Shown here in pieces: positions 1 to 11,936 of a stretch of 64,000 bases of DNA; position 1 is the first letter of the stretch; every line of letters starts with the position of its first letter. Source of the stretch: Octopus vulgaris (Eukaryota); the NCBI GenBank assembly GCA_951406725.2, contig OX597828.1, positions 74,958,001-75,022,000 on the forward strand, in the 5' to 3' direction. The translations under genes and the position numbers were made by a program. The notes beneath the pieces are model-generated. The model had not been told where the DNA came from. It searched no databases and saw nothing but the letters and a program-made list of their open reading frames with translations.

Positions 1-765
1 GCAAACTCTTGGTTTATTATAAACCGCTTTTGTCGTGTGCATCAAAAAACCTTTTCCATTCGTTTGTTCAGTTTGGTCACTTTTGACTTTTTCGTTGTTG
101 TCACATTGCTGCCTGCTTATTTGCCGTTTTTGTACATTTTTATACATTTTGGAATACTTACCCCACGTATTCCGAGAGTTAAAAAGGTCGAGTTGCGTCC
201 CCTAGACAGTCTGTGGTTTGTGTTTAATACACAAATCGGTTTGCTATGTGTGCCACATATGATTTAATTAACCGATTTTTTCCAGTAATAAAGTATCCTA
301 TTGGAATAAAAAGGGCCATAGAGCTCCTTGGAGCAGACATGATGCTCGCTGTGAATTTAAAAAAAAATTCCTGCCAATTTGTGAAAGATATTGTTGAAAA
401 TATGTCATCTTGAATTTGAACGCGATTTCCCAAAATGGCATGATTTTATCTAATGGTAAGGTATTGCATGGAAAACTAACGTCAGAATTAAGTTTCTTAG
501 GGTAACATTAAGCTTCACCATGAGTTTGGTGAACATCGATTGCAAGTTGCGAAAACTACAATAGAAAATGTGTTGCATATAAAAAGCTTAGATTCTCGAC
601 CCCATGTCGAATTTATCGATTTTCAAAATTTTCGCTGCATTAGTTTTGAATTATGACATTGGGCTATGTGTGTGTCAAGTTTCATCAGAATCGGTTGAAA
701 GCCATGGTGAGGGTACAACCTGACAGACACACAGACAGACAAACTGCCATTTATATATAGAGAGA
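1..765 (-). mobile_element. Helitron-like element, 5' end (runs off the window start)
   Basis: Minus strand reads a|TCTCTCTATATATAAATGGCAGTTTGTCTGTCTG...CCGATTCTGATGAAACTT: a 5'-TC terminus after A, followed by the GTCT microsatellite and CCGATT..AAACTT motif typical of Helitron 5' ends. Confidence 0.5.
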
Positions 766-961
766 TGGTATAAGACTACAAAAGAATATATTAGACTTTA
801 CAAGAGTTTAAAAAAACTTTATAAGAGGTGTTGAAAGTGTTGTTCTTCATTTTCGATACATAACTTGACTCTTCTCCACATGTTTTGAAATACATCCTGA
901 AGAGTCAGGATGAGAAAAATTCACTGCAGAGAGACTTTTGGAACCCCCTATACTTTTAAAT

Positions 962-1207
962 GGGCCTGGATGTGTGGTTAAGATGCTTGCTTCCCAGCCA
1001 TGTGGTCTTGGGTTTAATCCCAGTGTGTTTGGCACTTTGGAAAAATCTCTTCTACAATAGTCCTGGGCCATTCAAAACCTTGTAAGTAGAACCTTGGGCA
1101 AGTATCTTCTACTGTAGCGTCAGGCTGACCAAAGCTTTGTGAGTGGATTTGGTAGACGAAAAGTGAAAGATGCCCGTTCTAAGTATGTGTGTGTGTATGT
1201 ATGTATG

Positions 1208-1242
<35 letters not shown>

Positions 1243-1450
1243 ATTTATGTCTGTGTTTGTCCCCTCATCACCACTTGCCAGCTGGTGGTGGTGTGTTTAT
1301 GTCCCTGTAACTTAGCAGTTTGGCAAAAGAGGTCGATAGAATAAGTACCAGACTTAACAGAGAAAAAAAAAATACTGAGGTCGATTCACTTAGCTAAAAA
1401 AATTTGTTCAAGGTGGTGCCCCAGCATGGCCGAAACAAGTAAAAACAGAA
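962..1450 (+). mobile_element. tRNA-derived CORE-type SINE (family A), with partial internal duplication
   Basis: tRNA-like head (TGTGTGGTTAAGATGCTTGC...GGGTTTAATCCC), CCTTGGGCAAGT core, central microsatellite and GGTGCCCCAGCATGGCC...GAAACAAGTAAAA tail; many copies in the window. Confidence 0.75.
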
Positions 1451-1926
1451 AAAGATACATACAGACAGACACACGCATATCCCCCCCCCACACACACACA
1501 CAGTTAAGACTAAGGTTTTCTTGAGTTAAGGTTTTTAAAGTGAGAAAGTTAAAACTAGGGGGCAGATGTAAACAAACCCTTTTGTTACCATAGTTCTGTT
1601 GGGGTACATTGCTATGGATTTTGAACATAATGGAAGAATTCAGTAAAGTAACTTAGTCGTTAATAATCTGGTGTTTGGAATATAAATTAGCATAAAATTT
1701 TACTCCAAAGACTTCAGTTGACTTTAAAACAGGAATTATCTATCGTAGAAACTGGAGCACACGCAGGTGGGTTGCTCTGTATGGAAATGGTTTCAGAGGT
1801 CTGTGGAACCCTAATTAGTTCTGCATCTTTGATTTTTCAATGAATTGTTCTTGTTGTTGTTGTGACTCACAGAACTTTACCATTTCCACATTCAGTGACG
1901 TGTGTCCACCTCTTCGTTTTTTGCAG

Positions 1927-2021
1927 CTCGTTTAGTGTCCTATGGCAATGATTTTGAAGATAAAAGTGAATCGGAGAAGGAAGATAGTGATGTCGACCCT
2001 GATCCTGAGAAGTTCCTTGTC
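1927..2021 (+). CDS. SAP30BP: SAP30-binding protein, first coding exon visible in the window (xRLVSYGNDFEDKSESEKEDSDVDPDPEKFLV)
   Basis: tttgcag acceptor and gtaagt donor; acidic segment with LVSYG resembling the SAP30BP N-terminal region; in frame with downstream exons. The start codon appears to lie upstream of the window. Confidence 0.75.
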
Positions 2022-2199
2022 GTAAGTTATTTTCATAGTTTCACATTTTGGATATTGTAGTTGTTGTTGTAACTCTCTTTTACTGGTTTTAGTCTTTGGA
2101 TTGTGGCCATGCTGGGACACCATCATCAAAGGTTTCAGTTACTTTATTGAGTCATTGTTGGCCTAAAACATCACATTCATTTTACACCTGTAAACACAC

Positions 2200-2846
2200 A
2201 TATGATGAGGTGGTGACAAGTGACCAGGACCTTTGGTCAAGCCAAATGAAATCATAGTCGTGGCTGATGCCAGTGTCATGTAACTAACACCCATGCCGGT
2301 GGCACATAAACGCACCTGTGCCAGTGGCATGTAATAAGCACCCATTACACTCTTGGAGTGGTTGGCATTAGGAAGGGCTTCCAACTAAAGAAACCATGCC
2401 AAATCGTACTGGAACCTGGTGCAGCTCTCCAGTTTACCATTTCCAGTCAAACTGTCTAACCCAGGGCTGGCCAACCTCAGGCCCGCGGGCCGCATGTGGC
2501 CCGCAGACTTTTATCTTGCGGCCTGTTTGATACTTTCTTGAAATGGGTTTATTTAAACAAACATTTTAAAAAACTTATCAAAAATTAAAGATTGTAATGA
2601 AAAGTAAAAAAGAAAGAAAGATTCTACTGTTTTTCCAATGATGATATTTCATGTTGAATCAACGACCTTTCATTCATTATTGTAATAATAGCAGGAGAAA
2701 GCAAAGTGCTTTCAATTCTGTCAGTTTACAAGCGAACCCCCCAAAAAACTTACTTTGAATAAAGTGGCCCACAATGTAATTTGAGTTGGCCAGGCCCTGT
2801 CTCACCTATGCCAGCATGGAAAGCTGACGCTAAATGATGATGATGA
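2200..2846 (+). mobile_element. RTE-type LINE 3' UTR/tail fragment interrupted by a hAT MITE
   Basis: GGCATTAGGAAGGGC...CAGCATGGAAAGCTGACGCTAAA(TGA)n tail; the same tail is joined to RTE RT sequence at 48840-49790. Confidence 0.7.
2462..2799. mobile_element. Non-autonomous hAT (Charlie/Buster-like) MITE
   Basis: TIRs CAGGGCTGGCCAAC / GTTGGCCAGGCCCTG, subterminal GGCCCGCGGGCCGCATGTGGCCCG, and an imperfect 8-bp TSD gtctaacc / (g)tctcacc. Confidence 0.8.
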
Positions 2847-3323
2847 GAAATACTTCCATATCCTTTCCATCTTCCAAATTCCACACCATGTTACATGTGT
2901 AGCAAATTCCACACGACCCCAGTGCCATGCAGTGGGATGGAACTTAAAACCAGATGATTGGGGAGCAAACTTCTTAACCTGTCGGCTGTGCTTTCATTTT
3001 TATTCCATTGTTTTCAATTAATCATGTATTTTATCTTGTGGCTTCAAGGATTCGATGATATGATTATTTTTAGAATGACATTGTAGGGTAGGTGCGAGAA
3101 GTTGAATCTGGTTTGTTTGAACATTACACAGATTGAATGTTTTGGCCAGATGTGGTCAGTTTAAATGCTGAAGGGTTAACAACCTTTATGTATTTCAGTT
3201 CTGGCCAGAAGAGACTGATATTTCTTCTTTCCTTCCAATGATGAACTTCTGTGCTTGAAATATATCATGGTTGTTAAGCTTACACTTTTTCACATTGCTT
3301 TATTTTTTTTTCTGTCTTTGTAG

Positions 3324-3366
3324 GTGAGTCAAGATAAAGATTCTATATTGAAACCAGAACAAGCCT
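3324..3366 (+). CDS. SAP30BP: SAP30BP coding exon (VSQDKDSILKPEQA)
   Basis: Polypyrimidine tract plus tag acceptor and gtaagt donor; its 43 nt supply the phase 0 to phase 1 change needed to join 2021 to 5657. Confidence 0.7.
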
Positions 3367-5172
3367 GTAAGTATATCAATCACTTTTCTGTTTAGCTAGT
3401 CATCCTTGATCTGCTGGAACTATCAGAAACCTGCCAGCCATGATCATCCAGTCATTTTTCAGAGATTGAATTCTTAGAGCTCCATTATTTATTCCATTCT
3501 TCCTTTTTTTCCCCCCCTCTTGCTGCAGCCATATTTCTAGAGGATTTGGTAAAATATTTCCAACTTTATGTATTAGTAGTTCTTTAGCACTGATAGATCT
3601 ACAATGAAAAGCTTTCCTACCATGACCATTCCATTGTTTGGTACAGACAAAACTATACTATCTCATGTGTCCTTCCTATACTTCTGAGATTGTAGAGTTG
3701 TGAGGGTTCCTGTAGTTGTCTCTCTCAGTACTTGCCAACCCTTCGTGTGCTGGTGCCATATTAAAATGTTCCCAGTACACTTCTGTAAAGAGGTTGACCC
3801 TAGGGAGGGCATCCAGCCATAGAAACCAACCATGTGCCACCCAATAAAAATGCCTCAGTCTGTGATGATTTGTCCGACCCATGCCAGCATGGAAAGCAGA
3901 GATGAAATGATGATGATGACTTAACGGATTAAGTGACTGTATGGATATGTCCTTGTTAGTTTGTTATATATTGCTGGATTATGTTATTATTTTTGAACCT
4001 AGATTAAATCATGACGTGTTGCTGTATAAATTTGATAGTCACCAACTGAAATCTCATAACTTACATGTAAAAAAAATATTAATATGAATACTATCACAAA
4101 TGCATTGGTATTAAAAGGATCAAGCTGGTGGTTTATAATTTGAGTGAGATTTAGCTGATATTTCTAGCAAGTAAAACAGCTGTGTAGAGGCACCCCTTCC
4201 CCATTGTTATTTCAGATATGTGTCTGACACTTTAGTACACCAGTTCACTTAGTTGTCAGAAATACTATTCAACAGATGCTGTAGAAATGTTGCTCGTTAG
4301 GTAATATCTCTCATTCGTTAAACGCTATCAAACTACCAAAGTTAATTATCAACTGTTAAAAGTGCTCCAGGAAATATTTACTTTTAAATTTGGTCTTGAA
4401 GATTTTATCCGTTGTCTTCTGTTTCTCTGAACAAAGATCTAAATTGGCCCAAACTGTAGGATATTGGGGGTAGATAGAGATTTTTGCATTGGCTGAGGTA
4501 GGTGGGTGGGATGTTTCAAACTTGAATGATTAAAAGCATTGTAACAATCACCATTCCATCGTCAAGTTTTGGCAACCCTGATCACCCTTTCACACAATCC
4601 AAATATCTCTCAGGTAATGGAGATGGCTGTTAACTGCAACATCTTCCAACATCTTGTATCTTTCTGCTTCTTCTCAGCAATGTCCAATATGGCATCCATT
4701 GAGCCAGAGTCCACTGAAGACCTCCTCTCTTTCATTAAATACCTTTGGATCTTGTTTTTGACATTAACAAAACATTCCATTATAATTGGCTTTTGATTCA
4801 TCACTGAAAATTGCCCACCTTTGAGCACCACTCATCTCTTAAATCGGTAGATTCCTATCTGATTGCACAATTATAACATGTCTTGATAGAGCATGAGTGA
4901 ACCAGGTCAAATTGATGAGGTTAACTAGACTAAAACATGTCTATAGTTGCCTCCCTTGGCTGAAAACAACAATCCGGCTTTGAAACATTTTAATTTTCAG
5001 TGATTAATTCTTAAATTCTTGGAATTATCTCCTCTTTTAAAGTCCGCAACAACTTATCGCGAGGTTTTTTTTTCTTCTTCCCATTAAAAAGTTAGAAAAT
5101 TCATCAAGAATTTTTTTTTTATATCCATCATTCATTACATCACTTCTCCCTTAATTAACTTCTCTTTTATTG

Positions 5173-5583
5173 ATTAACCTTTTAGCATGCAAATTACTTT
5201 GACAAGTGTAATGCTTATTCATTTTCATTGTTTGAAATTAATCGTGCATCATCTCATAGCTTCAACGTTTCAATGGCGTGATTGTTTATTTTTAGAATGA
5301 CATTGTTGATAGGTGGGAGAGGCCAGATCTGGATTGTAGAATATTTGGGTCAGACAGGGCCTATTTGACCCCAGCATTCAGATTATTCTGTTAGATTTAA
5401 TGCTTATTTATTCACATTGTTCTGAATTAAACATAATCTCATAAGCTGTCAGATTTTGATGTGATTGTGTATTTTTAGAGTGACATTATAGGGTAAGTGT
5501 GAGAGGCTGGATCTGGTCAGTTTCAACCTAAAACGGTAGAATATTTGGGCCAGATATGGCCAGTTTAAATGCTAAAGGGTTAA
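5173..5583. mobile_element. TTAA-flanked piggyBac-like MITE (CCCTTTAGCA termini), two units in tandem; related copies near 2990-3180, 17340-17530, 38720-38945 and 47527-47870
   Basis: ttaaCCTTTTAGCAT ... ATGCTAAAGGGttaa termini; internal sequence recurs several times in the window. Confidence 0.6.
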
Positions 5584-5656
5584 ATCTCTCTCCCTTTCTC
5601 TCTCTCTCTCTCATATTCTTCAATGTTTCATATCTGATTACGCTTCTCTTCATCAG

Positions 5657-5745
5657 CTTCTTTATCTCGAAGTGTACAAAACATGGCTGCTGATGAGATA
5701 CAACTCCCACCAGAACCACCTGGTCGATGTTCTCGAGCTTTACAG
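5657..5745 (+). CDS. SAP30BP: SAP30BP coding exon (SSLSRSVQNMAADEIQLPPEPPGRCSRALQ)
   Basis: catcag / gtaagc splice sites; PPEPPGRCS matches the conserved SAP30BP motif. Confidence 0.92.
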
Positions 5746-5934
5746 GTAAGCACACCTTGCTTTTCAATCATTCATGATTCCTTCACTTTTTATTTTCTCT
5801 CTTTCATTTGTTCTTTACCTCCCTTCAATTTCTTCCTCCCTTCCCTTTAGTCCTAGGTATACTATGACTGAAAAATTATAGAACGCTGACAGCCTTAACA
5901 GATTTCACTATTTTCCTATTAACCTTCCCGAGGC

Positions 5935-7325
5935 AGGCCCTGGTCCTAACATCCAAATTCTGCTATGGTTGACAATATATTTTATGCTTTTGGGGTTGAT
6001 AAAATAAGTACCAAGCAAGTACAGGCATCAATGGAATCAACACCCTCTGCAGTACCATTGCTGACCTTGTGCCAAAATTAGAAAGTGTTGTTGTTGTTGT
6101 TAGAGCAATGGATGTATTATGAAGCCAGTGGTTACGATTCTTTATGTCGAGTTGAAATCCCTGCCAAGTTAACCTAAGCCTTTTATTTTTCTGGGGTCTT
6201 TAGAAGAAAGTGCTAGTTAAGGACAGGGGTTGATTCATTTGACTACTCCTTCCTCCTCAAGAGGTTAGGACCTTGTTCCCTGTCTTAAAATAAATTCATC
6301 ATCACCATTATTATTATTATTATTATTATATTTTAAAGGATTGACTATTATAGTTGTTGTTATTAAGGTAACGAGCTGGCTGAATCGTTAGCACGTGGGG
6401 CAAAATGCTTAGCAGTATTTTGCCTGTCGTTACATTCTGAGTTCATATTTCACCAAGGTCAACTTCCAGCCTTTCAGAGTTGATAAATTAAGTACCAATG
6501 AAATCCTGGTTTCGATGGAATCAATTGTCCTCCTTCCCCAAATTTCAGGCCTTGTGTAGAAAGGATTATTATTATTAGTAGTAATCACGTGATCACATGA
6601 CCGACCAGACCATCAGATATTGTTACACATCGCTGGTCACAATGCGTTCGCATTGTTTTAGCCTTCAAACGACGCCACCCCGCTGGCTAAGCGAGCAGGC
6701 CAACAGAAGAAAGAGTGGTGAAAGAGTACAGCAGGGATCACCACCCCCTGCCGGAGCCTCGTGGAGCTTTTAGGTGTTTTCGCTCAATAAACACTCACAA
6801 CGCCTGGTCTGGGAATCGAAACCGCGATCCTGCGACCGCGAGTCCGCTGCCCTAACCACTAGGCCATTGCGCCTCCACATTATTAGTAATATTGTTATTT
6901 AAAGCAGTGAGCTGGCAAAATCATTAGCACACTGGATGAAATGCTTAATTGTATTTCGCCTGTTGCTGCGTTCTGAGTTCAAATTCTGCTGAGGTCGACT
7001 TAGCCTTTCATCCTTCCGGGGTTGATAAATTAAGTTACAGTGAAACACTGTCCCCCTCCCCCAAGATTTCAGGCCTTGTGTCTATTGTAGAAAGGATTAT
7101 CATTATTATTATTAAGGTGGCGAGCTGGCAGAATCATTACCACATGGGGCGAAAGCATTTCGTCCGTCTCTATGTTCTGAGTTGAAATTCCTCCATGGTC
7201 AACTTTATCTTTCATCCTTTCAGGGTCGATAAAATAAGTACCAGTTGTATACTGGGGCTGATGTAATCTACCAGTCCCCCTCCCCACAAATTCCAAGCCT
7301 TGTGCTTTAAGTAGAAAAGATGATT
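5935..7325 (+). mobile_element. Head-to-tail cluster of about five Nin/Deu-domain-like SINEs (family B) in a SAP30BP intron
   Basis: Repeated GAGCTGGCAGAATC..TTAGC..GAGTTCAAATTC..GCCTTTCATCCTT..GGGGTCGATAAA.TAAGTACCAG..CCTTGTG..AGAAAGG units separated by (ATT)n. Confidence 0.75.
6584..6878 (-). mobile_element. Young tRNA-derived SINE (family C) with target-site duplication
   Basis: Minus-strand head GTGGAGGCGCAATGGCCTAGTGGTTAGGG...GGTTTCGATTCCC with A and B boxes, CpG-rich, flanked by attattagtagta / attattagtaata. Confidence 0.8.
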
Positions 7326-7345
7326 ATTATTATTATTTGTTTCAG

Positions 7346-7437
7346 GAGAAAATAGCCCATCACTATAACAAAATGAAGCAAGAAGGTTGCAATTTAAGTC
7401 TAAGCATTCAGAAACGGAAGGGTTTTCGAAATCCAAG
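7346..7437 (+). CDS. SAP30BP: SAP30BP coding exon (EKIAHHYNKMKQEGCNLSLSIQKRKGFRNP)
   Basis: tttcag / gtacga; IQKRKGFRNP corresponds to the start of the HCNGP domain (IQRKKEFRNPS). Confidence 0.93.
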
Positions 7438-7895
7438 GTACGAGGACATAATTATTATTATTATTATTATTACTGTTGTTGTTTGTATTTCAGTAACCTT
7501 ATTTTTATAATTTTTTTTTTTCCATTGTGTCTCCTGGATATATGTACAGATGCATTTTGGTTTGAAATTACTCAATGTAATGTGTCTGAGACACCTAGTG
7601 GTATTGTTTCTGTATGTCTGTGTAACTTTTGGGATGCTGTGTACATATATTGTAAATAATGTGTGTGTATTCACTAGGGTACTCTTTAGCCATTGAGATA
7701 CTATATGTAATGTGTATGTATGTCCTGGTCCTCTACATATGCTTTTTTAACTGCTGAGGTACTCTATATGATGTCGAGATATAAGCTTCTATACTTGTTC
7801 ATAGATATATGAACTGTTTATTTGACATATATCTCTAATTTTCTGCCTGTATTATTCTAACAGTAATATGTAAATTATTTCCAATCTATTTGCAG

Positions 7896-7956
7896 TATTT
7901 ATGAAAAATTAATTGAATTCTGTCAAATTAATGAGAAAGGCACAAATTACCCACCT
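7896..7956 (+). CDS. SAP30BP: SAP30BP coding exon (SIYEKLIEFCQINEKGTNYPP)
   Basis: ttgcag / gtaagt; hallmark IYEKLI.FC.I.E.GTNYP motif. Confidence 0.95.
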
Positions 7957-8200
7957 GTAAGTCTTGGATTGATTCCTACCTTGTTTATATATCTTTTATC
8001 TTCTTACTTTACCTTTAGTTTCTTCTGTTAGCTTGTGGGGGTGGTAGGTGTTGTTTGTTGGGTTGTAGTCCTAATACAGCTGACCTATGGTCATCAGAGA
8101 CATTCTGACCATTGTTGCTACACAATGGACCTGAACCAGAAACCCTGGGGTTGGGAAGCAAATGTCCTGACCACACAATAAGTTATTTCTACTGGTTTAA

Positions 8201-8425
8201 CCCTTTCGTTACCAAAACCCAGCTGAAACCATCTCTGGCTCTGTTAGTACAAATGTCTTGTTTTCAAAAGTTTTGAATTAAAATCTTCCACCAAACCTTA
8301 GTCACAATTTATGTTCCTAACACTAGTTTAATGATAACAAAGTTATTTTACTAAATTCTTTGTTATATTCAGAATTAATTGAAAGAAACACAGAGCATCT
8401 CAAAATAAATACGGTAACAAAAGGG
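8201..8425. mobile_element. TTAA-flanked piggyBac-like MITE (CCCTTTCGTTACC termini); second full copy at 41762-41976, partial at 27620-27726
   Basis: ttaa|CCCTTTCGTTACC ... GGTAACAAAAGGG|ttaa. Confidence 0.8.
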
Positions 8426-8536
8426 TTAAATATGATTTTCTGACAAAATAAATTAAATTTTGAAGCTTTCCTTTGATTTTTTAATCAAAAAATTTTTTGG
8501 GGTCAAAATTTCACATTTTCATTTTATATTTTTCAG

Positions 8537-8588
8537 GAAATATTTGATCCTTTAGTCTGGGGTTCCGACTCTTTGTATGATTCCTTAG
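8537..8588 (+). CDS. SAP30BP: SAP30BP coding exon (EIFDPLVWGSDSLYDSL)
   Basis: tttcag / gtaaga; FDP..W..DS.Y..L motif. Confidence 0.95.
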
Positions 8589-9375
8589 GTAAGAGCTCAA
8601 ACATTTCTGTCTCTTTACTACTACTACTAATGTGTGTGTATTTCACCTGCTTTCCTATTACCACTTAGCCTAGCGGTAAAGATATTTGGCTCATAATCGA
8701 TAGGTTGTGAGTTTGATTCCTGACAGCGCATTGTGTCAGGTGTGCACCCTTTGTCACACCTAATGCCAGTTGTATCCTGATCTATTGATTTGACTGTGTC
8801 ACCTGTCCACTGCTTTAATTGTTGTAAGCCTTGTGGAAATGAAGGTACGAACAGCTTCTCTTGCTGATACCCCCCAAAAGAAAAAGTTGCTGGGTGTTGT
8901 GTCAGGGAAATGTCTGTATGTGTATGTGTGTGGGGGTAGATCATCAATAGTTAATCATTCACCCCTGCGTAGCCAATTCAGCATTCTAGAAGATGCTGGT
9001 TGAGGTAATCGTGTCTGGGTCTATGCCAATGTAGCAGGGCCCTGTCTTGCTGCATAATGAAGTCAGGGTACCTAATCTCCCACTTGGGCCAACAACCAAA
9101 TGGACAGCATACTGAGGTAGGTGCACCCTGTAACAGTGGACTATTCATTTTGAATTACTCTGTGTTGTGTTTATAGATTGAAGGGCTTCTGTATTTTTCA
9201 CATAAAAGACATTGGTTAGCATAAACTATGGTAGAAGACACTAACCTGGGGTACTGTACAGCAGAATCGAACCTGGAACCACAGGGTTGCTTAGTGAACT
9301 ACTTAACCACACTGCCATGCTAATTTTCCTTTCTTTCTTGGTTTACTTTTATTACTTTATCCCCTACTACTATTT

Positions 9376-9580
9376 CAGTAATCCCTTGACTGTCGTGGGT
9401 GTTATGTTCCAAAAACCTTCCACAGAAATAATTAAAGTCTAAATATGTATATTTGTCAGTCGCAGAAACCCCCGCGATGTACTGAGGAGTCTGCAGTCTA
9501 AATTTACACATATTAGCCAGAAAAATCCACCATGTACTGAGTGTGTGATAGGTGAACTGCGATATGGTGAGGGATTACTC
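9376..9580. mobile_element. Tigger/pogo-like MITE
   Basis: TIRs CAGTAATCCCT ... AGGGATTACT(C), followed by TA on the right. Confidence 0.55.
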
Positions 9581-9643
9581 TACTAGTAATAATAATAATA
9601 ATAGTAATGATATAAATATCATTTGAATTCCATTTGTTTCCAG

Positions 9644-9702
9644 ATAAAATGCAGAAACTGGACATGGAGAAACGAGAGAAAGAACGCAAAGAAAGAACCA
9701 AA
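9644..9702 (+). CDS. SAP30BP: SAP30BP coding exon (DKMQKLDMEKREKERKERTK)
   Basis: ttccag / gtaagt; conserved QK..M.K.EK..KERTK. Confidence 0.95.
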
Positions 9703-9959
9703 GTAAGTAACCCAGACGTGTCTCTGTTGTCTTTTACGTCTATCGTCACATGTGTTCTTGGGGCTGCGTACTCCTAATGGTACACGTTCCTGGACTGTTG
9801 TGTACCCCTGGTATTACAGACGTTTCTGGAGTGTGTATCCTCAAGATTAAACATGTTGCTCTATCAGAATGGTATTCTCTAAAGAGTTTTCATAAATGTG
9901 AATAAGGCTCAGTCTCCAGCTCCCCATCTTCTCACCCTGTGTGGTGTGTAGCTTTTATC

Positions 9960-10330
9960 ATTTACTTGTTTCAGTTATTTGGCTGTGGCCATGCTTGGGC
10001 ACTGCCTTGAAGGATTTTAGTTGGATGAATTGATTTAATTTTTTTAAAGCCTGGTACTTATTCTATCGGACCTTTTTTACTGGACTGTTAACTTACAAAG
10101 TGACAGGGACGTAAACACACCAACAACGGTTGTCAAGCAGTAATGACACATACACACCAACAAAACCCACAAGCTTCTTTCAGTTTCTGCCTACCAAATC
10201 CACTTACAAGGCTTTGGTTGGTCTGAGGCTATAGTAGAAGACACTTGCCCAAGGTGCCATGCAGTGGGACTGAACCCAGAACCATGTGGTTGGGAAGCAA
10301 GCTTCTTACCACACAACCACACTCGCACCT
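9960..10330 (-). mobile_element. CORE-type SINE family A
   Basis: Reverse complement of the 47113-47510 copy. Confidence 0.75.
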
Positions 10331-10851
10331 GTTTGTGTGTGTATACACACACACATACACACAGCTAAGATTCAAGATTACCAAATTTGATTTTATATCC
10401 CTGTGTATAAAAGAAAAATTTCAAAATATCAACACAAGACGTTTATGTATTGAACATGTTCCAATGGCTTGATATCATCATCATGATCCAGTGTTTTAAA
10501 TCTGGGTTTTGTCTCCGTTAATGGTAGCTGGATCTACCTCAATGCCATAGGAACCGAGGTAGGCAGGTGCAGCCCACCCCAACCTTTGGGTTGGCTGCTG
10601 CCCATTCTCCTTTGCTATCATGAGACTATTTTGGAGCTGGATTTTCTACAGGGAAGATCCTCTTGCTTACCCCCAACTTCAGTTTCTAGACAGTGGTCCA
10701 GAGACCAAGGCCTCTACCACGATTTTTAAGAAATGGGGTGGAAAACTAGCTCAGGAAGGCATTATATAAAGACATTATATTCATGTAGTTTAGTGTAGAA
10801 ATAAAGGTTTCTAGTTTTACTACAATCGGGGAAAACTGTGAAATGGTTCAA

Positions 10852-11417
10852 CTAGTCATTGGTAAACTTTGACCTGCAGGCCTCATGTGGTCTGTGCAAC
10901 TTCTTGATTTGTACATCATCATCATCATCATCATTGTTTAACGTCCGCTTTCCATGCTAGCATAGGTTGGACGGTTCAACCGGGGTCTGGGAAGCCAGGA
11001 TGCTGCGCCAGGCTCCAGTCTGATCTGGCAGTGTTTCTACAGCTGGATGCCCTTCCTAACGCCAACCACTCTGGAGCCAGAGGAGGCTGGCAAACGGCCA
11101 CGATCGGTTGGTGGTTTTTACATGTCACCAACACGGACGCCAGTCAGGTGGCACTGGCATCAGCCACGTTCGGATGGTGCTTTTTACATGCCACTGGCAC
11201 AGGTATCATAACTACAATTTCCATTTGATGTTGATGTTGACGTACTTGAATCAATAGGTCTCCTCAAGCACAGCGGGTCACTCTACGATTCAAGGTTAGC
11301 ACAGCAGGCCGTCCTGCAAGCCATGAACTCATTTCATTTGTCGGGTCTTCCAATGAAAAATTACTTTGAATTTTTTTGGAGTGTAGCCTGCCTCTCAGAA
11401 CAGGTTGCCTAGGTCTG
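10852..11417. mobile_element. Degenerate hAT MITE split by an RTE tail insertion (about 10915-11350, minus)
   Basis: Left end resembles the 2462 MITE (AAACTTTGACCTGCAGGCCTCATGTGG), right end AGGTTGCCTAGGTCTG; internal (CAT)n-started RTE tail. Confidence 0.45.
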
Positions 11418-11616
11418 GGTTAACCTAAGCTATGAGATTTTAAGTTTTGTGTTGTTGCATGTTGTAGTAGTAGTAGTAGCAGTAGCAGCTGTGTGATGTT
11501 TGATACAAGATTACCAGTAACTGTAGTTTAGTTTCTTTCAGTTAGACTCAGCTACTTCCTGTCTGTGAAAAGTGTATGGCAGAAAATTGTTGACATCTTT
11601 TTATATATTATTTCAG

Positions 11617-11665
11617 ATTGAGTTTGTAACAGGGACGAAGAAATTGTCGACAGAAGGACCAGTTG
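11617..11665 (+). CDS. SAP30BP: SAP30BP coding exon (IEFVTGTKKLSTEGPV)
   Basis: tttcag / gtaagt; IEFVTGTKK motif as in vertebrate SAP30BP. Confidence 0.95.
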
Positions 11666-11936
11666 GTAAGTTGCTCTACATTGATCACCATTGTCCCCTC
11701 TACCAGCAGCACCACCACCATCATCAATTTTGTTTTAACTCTTTAGTTTTAGTCATCATTATTATCAACATCACACAACCACACCTGTGCCTTCATCATC
11801 CTCATCATATTTCTCATCATTGTACATACCATAATCATTCATTCACTCAGCATCATCATCATCATCATCAACTTCATTATATTATTCTTGTTATATTTTA
11901 CAAATTCAAAACGAAAATCTTTCTTTCCAATTTCAG

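Noticed and set aside
890-945. CTGAAGA-GTC...GAC hammerhead-like start
   Set aside because: No GAAA or helix III follows and there is no helix I partner.
3199-3260. Alternative SAP30BP acceptor (tttcag at 3198)
   Set aside because: Reads into a stop, has no good donor and no homology; not supportable.
6800-6878. tRNA gene-like sequence (also 55405-55475, 47113-47180 and 8665-8725)
   Set aside because: A and B boxes are present, but there is no complete cloverleaf and each runs into SINE body sequence; these are SINE heads.
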